From: Eubacteriales bacterium
Lineage (GTDB): Bacteria > Bacillota > Clostridia > Oscillospirales > CAG-382
NCBI GenBank assembly: GCA_045600125.1
Contig: JAZRXH010000109.1
Span: forward strand, 3,703-67,702
Length of the DNA stretch: 64,000 bases
Reading direction: 5' to 3'
Shown: piece after piece, positions 19,520-27,954 of the stretch
How positions within the stretch are numbered: the first letter of the stretch is position 1
Layout of the letters: each line of letters opens with the position of its first letter
Position numbers and translations under genes: made by a program
The notes under the pieces: model-generated
Databases searched by the model: none
The model's input: the letters and a program-made list of their open reading frames with translations, nothing else
Told to the model about the DNA's origin: nothing

Positions 19520-19630
19520 TTCCACCATCCTATTGCGGAGTTTCCCGCCTTTTTACAAAAGGCTGTCAGCTCTTTACCGATTACACCCTCGCCGCCTTTT
19601 GAAAAGGGCGGATGAAAGCTTTCAAACAAG

Positions 19631-19665
19631 GCAAGCTCTATGTGGGCTTGCCTTTGCTTTTTTTC
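19631..19665 (+). terminator. Rho-independent terminator after proS
   Basis: Hairpin GCAAGC-tctatgtgg-GCTTGC followed by CTTTGCTTTTTTTCG. Confidence 0.6.
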
Positions 19666-19767
19666 GGGAAAGAGGAAACGACTGCCGGCTGCTGCGGCAA
19701 AACGCCCCATCCTCAAGTAACAATGTGTCACCAAGGTAAATATACAATTAAGTTTTTACAAAACGCA

Positions 19768-19796
19768 TTGACATAAAAGAATCTGCCTGCTACAAT
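19768..19796 (+). promoter_or_regulatory. Near-consensus sigma-A promoter TTGACA-17-TACAAT
   Basis: TTGACA at 19768-73, exact 17-nt spacer, TACAAT at 19791-96. Drives the sORF/terminator unit described in the findings. Confidence 0.6.
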
Positions 19797-19829
19797 GAAA
19801 ACGGCTTCAAAAGGACGGAGGAGATAACA

Positions 19830-19898
19830 ATGGTTCAGCAGTTATCAAAGGGGCAGGACTCGTGTGGAATGCGGCAGCTGTTATATTCCTCTTTGTGA
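19830..19898 (+). CDS. Candidate small ORF (22 aa, MVQQLSKGQDSCGMRQLLYSSL) with strong RBS
   Basis: AAGGACGGAGGAG lies 8 nt upstream of the ATG. Bracketed by a consensus promoter and a terminator. Coding status unproven. Confidence 0.3.
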   Translation: MVQQLSKGQDSCGMRQLLYSSL

Positions 19899-19937
19899 AA
19901 AGGCTAAATAAACGAATATAAGCTGTCAAAGCATAAC

Positions 19938-19988
19938 GTGTGAGTCAGCCCCTTTGATCGGAAGGGCTTGGTTCGCACGCTTTTTTAT
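19938..19988 (+). terminator. Putative rho-independent terminator
   Basis: Imperfect long hairpin (CGTGTGAGTCAGCCC ... GGGCTTGGTTCGCACGC) followed by TTTTTTAT. Confidence 0.45.
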
Positions 19989-20126
19989 AAAAAAAGACAA
20001 CTTGTAAAAAATAAACGTTACTTCATTGTTTTTGGCTATGCTGGCGAATATGATGAATGGTTTCACGGAAAAACAGATACAGAATTTCGACAGTAAGCTA
20101 AGTAGTAAGGGAGAAATGTATTTGTT

Positions 20127-21041
20127 ATGAAGAAGACCGTACTGTTAATTTTAAGCATTCTGTTTTGTCTCTGTCTTCCTTCCTTTGCATCCGCAGAGTC
20201 CCGAACCGTCGATGTGTCGATACCGACCTTCGCCGTGACGGTGAACGGAGTTGAATACGACAGCCGCTGCAGCGAATACCCGTTTTTTCTGTGCAACGAT
20301 ATTACCTATATGCCAATGACATACGATTTTTCAACATTTATGGGGCTGAAAATTACGTTTGACACGGGTACAAATGCACAATATCATCCGGGAGAAATGA
20401 TCCTGCATATCGGGAACGGCAAAAGGACAGCTTCGGAATTAGGTCAATATCTGAAAGAAGAAGAAAACAAGACTTCTTACAAGGCCGTGATCCCGGATTA
20501 CCATACGTACATTGCATTTGAGGAAAACGAATATGACAACAGCTCTCCGTATCCGATCATAAGCTATAACGGCGTTACGTATCTTCCGCTGACATGGGAC
20601 AACGTGCATACGTTACTTGATTGGGACTATTCTTTCGATCCCGACAAGGGTCTTGTGATAAACAGTACCGAAGCCGTAAGACCCATCGGTCTTGACAAAA
20701 GACTCTTTAACAGAATGGGGACAAGCACAAGCGAGTACGTTTTCGGAAGAAACTGTTACGTGGAATATGACGTATATCTTTATTATTCCGGAAGGATCTT
20801 CCGGGTGACCGCCGATGGCGAAAAGGACTATCACCTGATGGAGCCGCTGAAGGGAAAAATAAACTATTTTAACCGCATGATCAATGAAAACGGCGCAGTT
20901 GTCCAATCGACGATCCCTCCAAAACTAAACGGCAGTGTCCTTGAGATCGTATGTGCGGAAACGGATTTTGACCGTGCGACCGTTCTTGTTACCATAGATC
21001 TGGAAAGCGGAGAAATCTTAAGCACCGAAGTTTTGAAATAA
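20127..21041 (+). CDS. Secreted protein with two copper-amine-oxidase N-terminal-like (stalk) domains; low-GC gene
   Basis: Signal peptide. Two repeats fit the Cu_amine_oxidN1 pattern (VTVNGVEYDS...YPFFLCNDITYMPMTYDF..GLKITFD; ISYNGVTYLPLTWDNVHTLLDWDYSFD). Local GC is about 40% against about 58% for the window. Confidence 0.6.
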   Translation: MKKTVLLILSILFCLCLPSFASAESRTVDVSIPTFAVTVNGVEYDSRCSEYPFFLCNDITYMPMTYDFSTFMGLKITFDTGTNAQYHPGEMILHIGNGKRTASELGQYLKEEENKTSYKAVIPDYHTYIAFEENEYDNSSPYPIISYNGVTYLPLTWDNVHTLLDWDYSFDPDKGLVINSTEAVRPIGLDKRLFNRMGTSTSEYVFGRNCYVEYDVYLYYSGRIFRVTADGEKDYHLMEPLKGKINYFNRMINENGAVVQSTIPPKLNGSVLEIVCAETDFDRATVLVTIDLESGEILSTEVLK

Positions 21042-21116
21042 ATACAAAAGAACCGTGGCAGTCCGGCAGGATCGCCACGGTATTTCCGTCGAATTATGAT
21101 GCGTCGGGTTTCCCCG

Positions 21117-21285
21117 CCTCTGTTGCGGCACTGCTTTCCTGCCGCAGCAGACAGTAGGCAACAACCGTTCAGCCCCCGAAAAACACCGGGGCAGTCCGTA
21201 TGGACTGCCCCGGAGTAAAAGTTTTCGCCCAGTCTTTTTCAAAAGGCTGGCGATGGGGTTTGGGGGTGAACAGCCCCCAAAAAAT
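21117..21285. repeat. Structured intergenic repeat element, copy A (R1 hairpin + GC hairpin + TTTTT/AAAAA palindrome + GGGGG..CCCCC hairpin)
   Basis: CTGTTGCGGCactgctttcctGCCGCAGCAGACAGTA. Then CCGGGGCAGTCC-gtat-GGACTGCCCCGG. Then GTTTTCGCCCAGTCTTTTTCAAAAGGCTGGCGATGGGGTTTGGGGGTGAACAGCCCCC. Homologous to 47697-47835 and 54085-54135. Confidence 0.7.
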
Positions 21286-22655
21286 CAGAAATCTCTCGTT
21301 ACATTTTTCAGCCACTTTTTGCTCTTGTAGCGCCAATACACGAAGGGGAATTTGATGGCCTCGTCGCTGACGAGGATAAAATACACGATGATAACGGGAA
21401 ATTTCAGCACGAAGGCGGCGATGGCGCCGAAGAGGATAGCAATGCACCAGAGACCTCCGCAGTCAAGAACGAGTCCGACCTTTGTGTCGCCGCCCGAGCG
21501 GAAGATGGCCACGATACCGGTACAGTTCAGACTGGAGAACAGGACGTAATACGCCATGACCATAAGCATCCTCGAAAGGTAGATCTCCGAGGTCTCGCCA
21601 AGCACCATAAAGTCAAGCACAAACGGCGATACCGCAAGGATCATGGCGGAGCCGCAAAGCCCGAGAACGAACGACATGACAAGGAAACGCTTTGAGAGGA
21701 TCTCGGCATACTCCTTTTTCCCCTCTCCGATGGTCTTTCCGAGAACGATGGCGGTCGCATTGGCAATACCGAAGGAAATGACCATGGCGAGCTGACGCAC
21801 CACCTGCGCCACGGAATTCGCCGCTACGGCATCCTGACCGAGATGACCGATGATGGCATTGATGACCGATACGCCGCTTCCCCACAGAAGCTCGTTGGCG
21901 GTGACGGGCAGCGCATAGCTGAAAAAGTCGTGAAGAAGGACCTTGCCGGAGCCTCCGAAGAGATACTTCGGACGCAGACGCACCTCCCGGTTCACGAAGA
22001 GGGCGTACACGACGACGATGAAAAATTCCACATATCTTGCAATGGCGGTGGCAACGGCGGCGCCCACAACGCCGAGAGCCGGCGCTCCGAATGTACCGAA
22101 GATAAATACGTAGTTAAAGAATACGTTGGTGACAAGCGAAACGAGGTATACCACCGTGGAGATCTTCACCCGTTCCACACTGCGCATCAGGTTCAGATAC
22201 ACCGCCGTAACGGCAGAGGGAATGTAGGCGGTCGCTACGATACGCATGTACTTTGCGCCCATTTTGATGACGTCCGGCTCGGGACTGTACAGGTGCATGA
22301 TCTGTTCGGGGAAGAACAGTGCCGCAAGGGTAAAGACCACCGAAACGGCAAGTCCCAGACGCATGGCGATGCCGAGTATTTTTTCAATGGTCGGAATGTC
22401 CCGCTTCCCCCAATACTGGGCGGTGAGGACGGCGGCGCCGGAGGTGAGACCGAAGAAGAACAGCGTCATAATGAAGTTCACGTTGCCCGCAAGGGATGCG
22501 GCGGAGATCTCAAGCTCTCCCACCTTGCCGAGCATGACCACGTCCGCCGCCTGCACACCGGTGTTGATGAGGTTCTGGATCGCCATGGGGATGACCAGGG
22601 CAAGGACGTTTTTATAAAAGCTCCGTTTCTCCTCGGCGCTTCCGATTTCGTACAT
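21285..22655 (-). CDS. MATE family multidrug/oligosaccharidyl-lipid efflux transporter
   Basis: Twelve TM helices in the MatE duplication pattern. Start set at the second ATG (MYEIG) with AAAGGA 9 nt upstream. Confidence 0.85.
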   Translation of the reverse strand: MYEIGSAEEKRSFYKNVLALVIPMAIQNLINTGVQAADVVMLGKVGELEISAASLAGNVNFIMTLFFFGLTSGAAVLTAQYWGKRDIPTIEKILGIAMRLGLAVSVVFTLAALFFPEQIMHLYSPEPDVIKMGAKYMRIVATAYIPSAVTAVYLNLMRSVERVKISTVVYLVSLVTNVFFNYVFIFGTFGAPALGVVGAAVATAIARYVEFFIVVVYALFVNREVRLRPKYLFGGSGKVLLHDFFSYALPVTANELLWGSGVSVINAIIGHLGQDAVAANSVAQVVRQLAMVISFGIANATAIVLGKTIGEGKKEYAEILSKRFLVMSFVLGLCGSAMILAVSPFVLDFMVLGETSEIYLSRMLMVMAYYVLFSSLNCTGIVAIFRSGGDTKVGLVLDCGGLWCIAILFGAIAAFVLKFPVIIVYFILVSDEAIKFPFVYWRYKSKKWLKNVTRDF

Positions 22656-22817
22656 TCGTATCATTCCTTTCCGGAAATAGGGTAATAAAAAGTCAAATCT
22701 GCCGAAGCACCTTTCGTCACCGTGCTCCGGCAGACTTTTTGCTTATTTGATTGAAATAGATTTCCCGAAAGAGGGACGGAAAACGGCAGACGGTGAAGGA
22801 CGTGCCGTGTCCGTCTT

Positions 22818-25040
22818 TTATTCGTACCGGTATCTTTCGATGGCGGTGTCCTTTCCGGCGATAAAATCATCATACAGCTGAAGCCATATGGTATTATCGT
22901 CCTCGTTCACACGCAGCACGACACGGTCGGAATAGGCTTTCTTTCCGTGTACGTCCACCATCTCAAAGTCGATATCGTAGCAGGCGTCGGGAAGAGTCGT
23001 ATAGATATTGAAGTCGGTGTATGCCTCGGAATACCGGAATTCGTTCTCCGGGACGTACATGAACCTCCAGTTGTCATTGCTCGTGGGGTCGCTGTTGACG
23101 GCATAGATGGGATTGATGACGTCGCCGTTTTTCAGCACGTGCAGATTCTTATCCGCCATGCCGCTTTCGTCGATGCCTTCCCGGGCGCCGATGATATGCC
23201 AGTCGTATTCGGTCTGCTTTCCGCCGCCGGGGAGGATCGTGACGATCTTCTCGTTCACCGCCTGCAGGTTGCTCGGGCTCCCGTTCAGAAGGATCGGGAT
23301 GCTGTACAGCGTGTAGGTATCGGTATGGCAGACGATCTCGGTATAGACCGCCCGGTTATCGAGGGAAGCCACGTAGCCGCCGAAGCGGGAGGTAAAGCTT
23401 CCGTTTTCCCAGTCGCTGGTCATAAGGTCGCTTTCGCCCCATGCAAGCACGTTCAGCTTTTCATCCTCGTCCACGGTCAGCTGTCTTACACGGAGACGCA
23501 CGTCCCGGACAGAGGAAAGAAGTTCATCGGAAATATGGAGCACCGGGAAGCCGTAGTCGTCGAAGGTGACCGAGGTCTCGGCTTCGATATCAAAGTCCTC
23601 TACGCCCGGGATCCTTGCAAGATCGTCGGCGTTCATGCCGAGATTGGTCACGAACTGCTTGCCGGATTCGCTGAGGTTTCCGGTGATGCCGTAGGCATAG
23701 AAATACTTGAAGGCGTCGCTGGCGCCGACGCCGGTAAAGGCGTTAAAGTTCCTGATATCGGCGTTATAGGAATAGAAGCAGCTGAGACCCGTTGCCTCGG
23801 TACGGTAGGGACCGTTGACCTTATAGACCACGCAGTCGTCCAGTGTATCCAGAAGCTTTTTCGAGTTGTTCGGGAGCATGGTGGCAAGGTTGCGGGCAAG
23901 GTGACCGAGGTCGGTCATGTTCGTATAGCCCTGCTCGGGCGTATTGCCGCCGTAGCTTTCGGTACGGGTCGCCTCTCTGCCGAACGCCGCCATGAAGCCG
24001 GGAGTATCGAGGGCGGCGACAAGCGCCTCTTTCCCGAGAGCGTCGTAAACCTCCACAAGCCCCGGGATCTTCGAGAGGTCTGTCACGGCAAGGGTAATCT
24101 CCTCGTGGGTGCCTCTGCTTTCACAGTCGGCATAATAGGAGTCGCAGATGGCTTTGCCGAGCTCCTCACCGCCGATATCGCTGTTTTCCGAAAGAGCGCC
24201 GAGCCAGCCGGTGTAGTACCAGCCGTTTCCGGGCTCCAGCTCCTCCGAGGCTACGAGGTACTTGCCCATGGTGCGAAGCCTTGACGCCACGTCCACGGTG
24301 GACATCAGGCAGGCGTCGAAGCCGATGATCTCAAAGGGAGGCTCGGCATCCGGGGTGACCGAGGTCCCGAAGGTACTTTCAAAGGCGTTTCCGATTTCGT
24401 CGATCTTGAGGGCGTCGAGGAAGTGGGTCTCATCGAACATGGCGCCGGCAACGCTTCCGCCGCCGTGGTTCCAGAAGAGCATCATTTTCTTTTCGGCGTC
24501 GCAGTTATCCCGGCAGAAGCCGAGGAAGTCCGCCAGAGTCGCTTCATCGCCCATGCTGGCGTCGGGAAGCTCTTCCACAAGGTGCAGTCCCTCCGAGTCG
24601 AGAACGTGCCGCTGGATCACGCCGCTTTTTATGCGGGGATCGTGCCACGTCCGGGCACCGCCGGTCTCGAGGATGATCACCACGTCCTCCGGGATATTCG
24701 CCTTTGCCGCCTCGGCAAGGTCTTCGGCAGCACAGCCGTAAAGACTTTCCAGATTACTGCCGCACATATACCAGTAGATTGCCCACTTCTTGCCGGAGAC
24801 GGGAAGAAGCGACGGATCGGGCTTTATGTCGAGTTTTTCTTCGGCGTCCGCAATTCCGGACTGTCCGGAATCTCCGGCGTCCTCACCGTCCCGTCCGGCG
24901 CCCGTATTCAAAACGGTACCGTTCTCGGTATTGTCGGGAAGAGCGGGATCCTTTCCGCTTTCACAGGAAGAAAAGACGAAAAGGGCGCAGAGAAGAAGGG
25001 GAAGAAGTCGGAATGCGTTCTTTGTTCGTCTGCCGTTCAT
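22818..25040 (-). CDS. Clostripain-family (peptidase C11) cysteine protease, lipoprotein
   Basis: Lipobox LLLCALFVFSSC. Catalytic His region LFWNHGGG and catalytic Cys region IGFDACLM are typical of C11. Long C-terminal beta-rich extension. Confidence 0.8.
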   Translation of the reverse strand: MNGRRTKNAFRLLPLLLCALFVFSSCESGKDPALPDNTENGTVLNTGAGRDGEDAGDSGQSGIADAEEKLDIKPDPSLLPVSGKKWAIYWYMCGSNLESLYGCAAEDLAEAAKANIPEDVVIILETGGARTWHDPRIKSGVIQRHVLDSEGLHLVEELPDASMGDEATLADFLGFCRDNCDAEKKMMLFWNHGGGSVAGAMFDETHFLDALKIDEIGNAFESTFGTSVTPDAEPPFEIIGFDACLMSTVDVASRLRTMGKYLVASEELEPGNGWYYTGWLGALSENSDIGGEELGKAICDSYYADCESRGTHEEITLAVTDLSKIPGLVEVYDALGKEALVAALDTPGFMAAFGREATRTESYGGNTPEQGYTNMTDLGHLARNLATMLPNNSKKLLDTLDDCVVYKVNGPYRTEATGLSCFYSYNADIRNFNAFTGVGASDAFKYFYAYGITGNLSESGKQFVTNLGMNADDLARIPGVEDFDIEAETSVTFDDYGFPVLHISDELLSSVRDVRLRVRQLTVDEDEKLNVLAWGESDLMTSDWENGSFTSRFGGYVASLDNRAVYTEIVCHTDTYTLYSIPILLNGSPSNLQAVNEKIVTILPGGGKQTEYDWHIIGAREGIDESGMADKNLHVLKNGDVINPIYAVNSDPTSNDNWRFMYVPENEFRYSEAYTDFNIYTTLPDACYDIDFEMVDVHGKKAYSDRVVLRVNEDDNTIWLQLYDDFIAGKDTAIERYRYE

Positions 25041-25097
25041 GGTGCGCTTTTCTCCTTTCCGCCATAGGCGTTACAAGCCTTGATCATGCAGGATCTG

Positions 25098-26255
25098 TCA
25101 GCCGAGGAAGGGGTTATCGGCGATCTCGGTCTCTGCCGGGACTTCCGGGACGGGCTCGAGGAATACGGTGTCGGTACCGGCGCTTCCCTCGGGAAGGATA
25201 CCGGAGTACGCCGCAAAATCCGTGCCGAAGAGGCTGCCGCCGAAGGCGTTGGCGAAGTTGTCCGCCGTACCGGTGGCGGCGGGAAGTCCGTCGGAGGGAG
25301 CGGTGCGGGCGTGGGAAGCGGCGATGGCTTCATCGGTGGTATTGAAGTAGTCGTAGCAGAAGCTGCCGGGCTGTGCGCCGAGGGGATCGTCCCAGGTCAC
25401 GTCCATGGCGTAGAATTCGCCGTCCAGCTCCACGATGTTCCATGCGTGGCTGCCGCTGCCGGCTTCGCTGCTGGAAATACCGAGGATATAGGCACAGCGG
25501 ATACCCATCTTCTGCATCATGTACTGGAAGGCTCTCGAGTAACCGGCACAGACGCACTTTCTGTCCACAACAGCGCCGTAGGCGGTCTGCCCGTGAGGCA
25601 TATCGTAGGTATAGTCTACCGTATCAACGAGAAAATCGTGGGCGTACTTGGCACGGGAAACGTCGTCGGGAAGGCTCCACATATCGGCGAGCGCCTTGAC
25701 AAGTGCCGCATCGAACGCCGCCTTGTTTGCCGGGATATCGGCGGCAAGGTCGTTGTAGTCGGGCTTTATCTTCGTGATGCAGCCGTACTGGTTATAGCTG
25801 TATCTTACGCCGCCGTTCCACCAGAAGAAGTCGGGGCTGTCATAGAACACCGCTCTGTACAGATCGCGGAAGGCTTCCTTCGGAACGACCGCCTCCACGG
25901 GGATCTCGGTCTTTCCCTCGGCAATGCCGGCACGGAGCATATCGTAGACTTTCTTATATTCCTCGGGAAGAAGATCACGGTAGAAGTAAGCGTCGCCCCG
26001 GAGAGCCGTGCCGTCCAGTTTTGTCAGCACGTTCTGGAAAATCGGTCCTTCAAAGCGGTGAACCTCCGTTTCCGTGTCCGGCTCCCCCTCTTCCAGAAAC
26101 TCGGTATCGAGTCCGACGCCTCTTTCAAAGCCGCCGACGCTTATGGTACCCTCCGTTTTGCCGCCGTTCCCGGAATGTTCGGTACAGCCGCAAAGTCCGG
26201 CGGCAAGGGACGCCGCCACAAGGAGAGCGATGAGCTTCGTTCTGGTGTTTTTCAT
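25098..26255 (-). CDS. Transglutaminase-like cysteine-protease-fold lipoprotein
   Basis: Lipobox LAAGLCGC after MKNTRTK. Transglutaminase-core Cys/His/Asp (CVCAGYSRAFQYMMQKMG ... SHAWN ... D). Start set at 26255 with AAAGGA upstream. 57-nt gap to the C11 gene. Confidence 0.7.
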   Translation of the reverse strand: MKNTRTKLIALLVAASLAAGLCGCTEHSGNGGKTEGTISVGGFERGVGLDTEFLEEGEPDTETEVHRFEGPIFQNVLTKLDGTALRGDAYFYRDLLPEEYKKVYDMLRAGIAEGKTEIPVEAVVPKEAFRDLYRAVFYDSPDFFWWNGGVRYSYNQYGCITKIKPDYNDLAADIPANKAAFDAALVKALADMWSLPDDVSRAKYAHDFLVDTVDYTYDMPHGQTAYGAVVDRKCVCAGYSRAFQYMMQKMGIRCAYILGISSSEAGSGSHAWNIVELDGEFYAMDVTWDDPLGAQPGSFCYDYFNTTDEAIAASHARTAPSDGLPAATGTADNFANAFGGSLFGTDFAAYSGILPEGSAGTDTVFLEPVPEVPAETEIADNPFLG

Positions 26256-26404
26256 ATTCTTTCTTTCCTTTCTCGGTTCTCTGACCTTTGTCTTTCCGTT
26301 TTCCGTTCCGCTTTTATGCGGAGAAAACGGGGCTTCGGTGCTTTTCATCTGCCGTTCTTTACGGGAAATACCGTTCCGACGGCAAAATACACCTATACAG
26401 ACGT

Positions 26405-26433
26405 ATTATACAAAATAAATGTGCCTTTGTCAA
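26405..26433 (-). promoter_or_regulatory. Consensus sigma-A promoter (TTGACA-17-TATAAT) on minus strand for the transglutaminase-like/C11 operon
   Basis: Minus-strand TTGACA is the complement of 26428-33. Minus-strand TATAAT is the complement of 26405-10. 17-nt spacer. Leaves a 5' UTR of about 150 nt. Confidence 0.6.
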
Positions 26434-26540
26434 CGGCATTTTCGATATGTTTCCATTCTGTTCTAAATATGTTTTACGCTGTGTCAATATCTGACCGCCC
26501 TTTTTCTTTGTCTTCTCTTTCCTCTTCTGCGCCGGGAAGC

Positions 26541-26570
26541 AAAAGAAAAAGCGGCAGGACTTCCCGCCGC
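26541..26570 (-). terminator. Rho-independent terminator after dapA (minus strand)
   Basis: Hairpin GCGGCGGGAAGTCCTGCCGC followed on the minus strand by TTTTTCTTTTGC. Confidence 0.6.
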
Positions 26571-26609
26571 AAAAAGGCAATGCCGCATCTTTTCTTTCAG
26601 AGTCTGAAG

Positions 26610-27491
26610 TCACAGAAGATTTGCCAGTACCCGCCGGAGCTTTCCCTTCGTTTCCGGGGTGCATTCGGTAAGGGGCAGCCGATATTCCTCCCGGCATATT
26701 CCCATAAGGCTTGCGGCGTATTTTACGGGAGCCGGGTTCACCTCCGAGAAGAGCGCCGAATATAGCCCCGCAAGGCGCAGAGTTCCCCTCAGAGCCCCCT
26801 CGGTATCGCCTGAAAAATACGCCGAGCAGACTCTCGATACCTCCCTTGGGAAAAGGTTGGACGCTACCGAAATAACGCCTTTTCCGCCGAGGGACAGGAT
26901 GGGCAGGGTGTCCGCATCGTTCCCCGAGTAGACAGCGAAGTCCTCTCCCGCACAGATCCTCGTGCCGAGCACCTTCTCCATACTGCCGCCCGACTCCTTT
27001 ACGCCCACGACACCCGGAAGAGCCGACAGTTCCCGGTAGAGCTCGGGCGTAAGCTCCACCCCCGTGCGGGACGGCACGTTGTAGACAAGGACCGGAAGGC
27101 CGCACGAAGCGGCGACCTCCTCAAAGTGGCGGACGATCCCGCTCTTTGTTCCCTTGTTATAATAGGGAGTTATGCAGAGGATGCCGTCGGCTCCGTTTGC
27201 GGCGGCGTTTTCCGCAAGGGCACAGACCTTGGCGGTACAGTTTCCTCCGGCGCCGGCGATGATCGGCACCCGCCCTCCGGCGGCAGAGACGGCGGTGCGG
27301 ATGAGCTCGTTCTGTTCGGTCTCGGACAGAGTCGGCACCTCTCCCGTGGTACCGCAGACCACCAGGGCGGAGATGCCGCCTTCTATCTGGATTCTGATGA
27401 GCTTTTCAAAGGCGGCAAGGTCGATTTTCCCGCCGTCAAAGGGGGTTATGAGCGCCGTAGCGGCGCCCGTAAAGAGGGGCTCTTGCTTCAA
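26610..27491 (-). CDS. dapA: 4-hydroxy-tetrahydrodipicolinate synthase DapA
   Basis: DapA/NAL family motifs (GTTGE, the active-site Lys region VVGVKES). The ORF's listed 'M' at 27524 is a TTG with no SD. TTG at 27491 follows GAAGGAAGGA and is preferred, but 27524 cannot be excluded. Confidence 0.8.
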   Translation of the reverse strand: MKQEPLFTGAATALITPFDGGKIDLAAFEKLIRIQIEGGISALVVCGTTGEVPTLSETEQNELIRTAVSAAGGRVPIIAGAGGNCTAKVCALAENAAANGADGILCITPYYNKGTKSGIVRHFEEVAASCGLPVLVYNVPSRTGVELTPELYRELSALPGVVGVKESGGSMEKVLGTRICAGEDFAVYSGNDADTLPILSLGGKGVISVASNLFPREVSRVCSAYFSGDTEGALRGTLRLAGLYSALFSEVNPAPVKYAASLMGICREEYRLPLTECTPETKGKLRRVLANLL

Positions 27492-27849
27492 GATCTTTCT
27501 GTCCTTCCTTCGGCTTGCGAACAAGGCTTGCTTTTCAAATCAAACAGGTAAATAAATCATAAAAAATACAGTCGGTATTGCGTTGCCGCCCTGCGCATGC
27601 GTTTTTTCTCTCCGGTGCATACTATGCGGTACAGACTCTCTTCGTCCCCCTATGCGGAGACGCTTTTCCGCTTTTCCCGTCATTTTGACGAACCGGCTTT
27701 CGACTCTTTTACACACTACTCGGCATTTTGCGGAGCATTCCCCAAAGAAATCTTGCCCTGTTTGGACAATTTGACCTTTTCTATATGCTAAATGCATAAA
27801 TGACGGCAAAAAAATATATGTATTTTATATAAATAATTTGAAAAAGGGC

Positions 27850-27878
27850 TTGACAAGTGACGAAAAAGATTGTAAAAT
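27850..27878 (+). promoter_or_regulatory. Consensus sigma-A promoter TTGACA-17-TAAAAT for prmA-rsmE
   Basis: Hexamers at 27850-55 and 27873-78. It lies inside the 5' extension of ORF 27838..28947, so the true prmA start must be downstream. Confidence 0.6.
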
Positions 27879-27954
27879 AGCAATGTTAAGTTATGAAAAT
27901 GTTTTTTCTGAAGTACCCTTCTGCTATTACGGATATTACGGACGGAAATGTGCT

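Noticed and set aside
13978-19528. Minus-strand ORFs 13978..15768 (596 aa), 16213..18141 (642 aa) and 18065..19528 (487 aa)
   Set aside because: These are antisense shadows of glyQS, the phosphoglucomutase and proS respectively. Each of those plus-strand genes has strong family signatures.
22947-26765. Plus-strand ORFs 22947..24284 (445 aa) and 25080..26765 (561 aa)
   Set aside because: Antisense to the C11 clostripain gene and the transglutaminase-like gene. They have G/V-rich translations and no start context.
27838-27954. 5' extension of prmA ORF starting at 27838
   Set aside because: A near-consensus sigma-A promoter (27850-27878) lies inside this stretch, so transcription would start downstream of the proposed ATG. 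The PrmA family N-terminus aligns with the MFWTE start at 27955.
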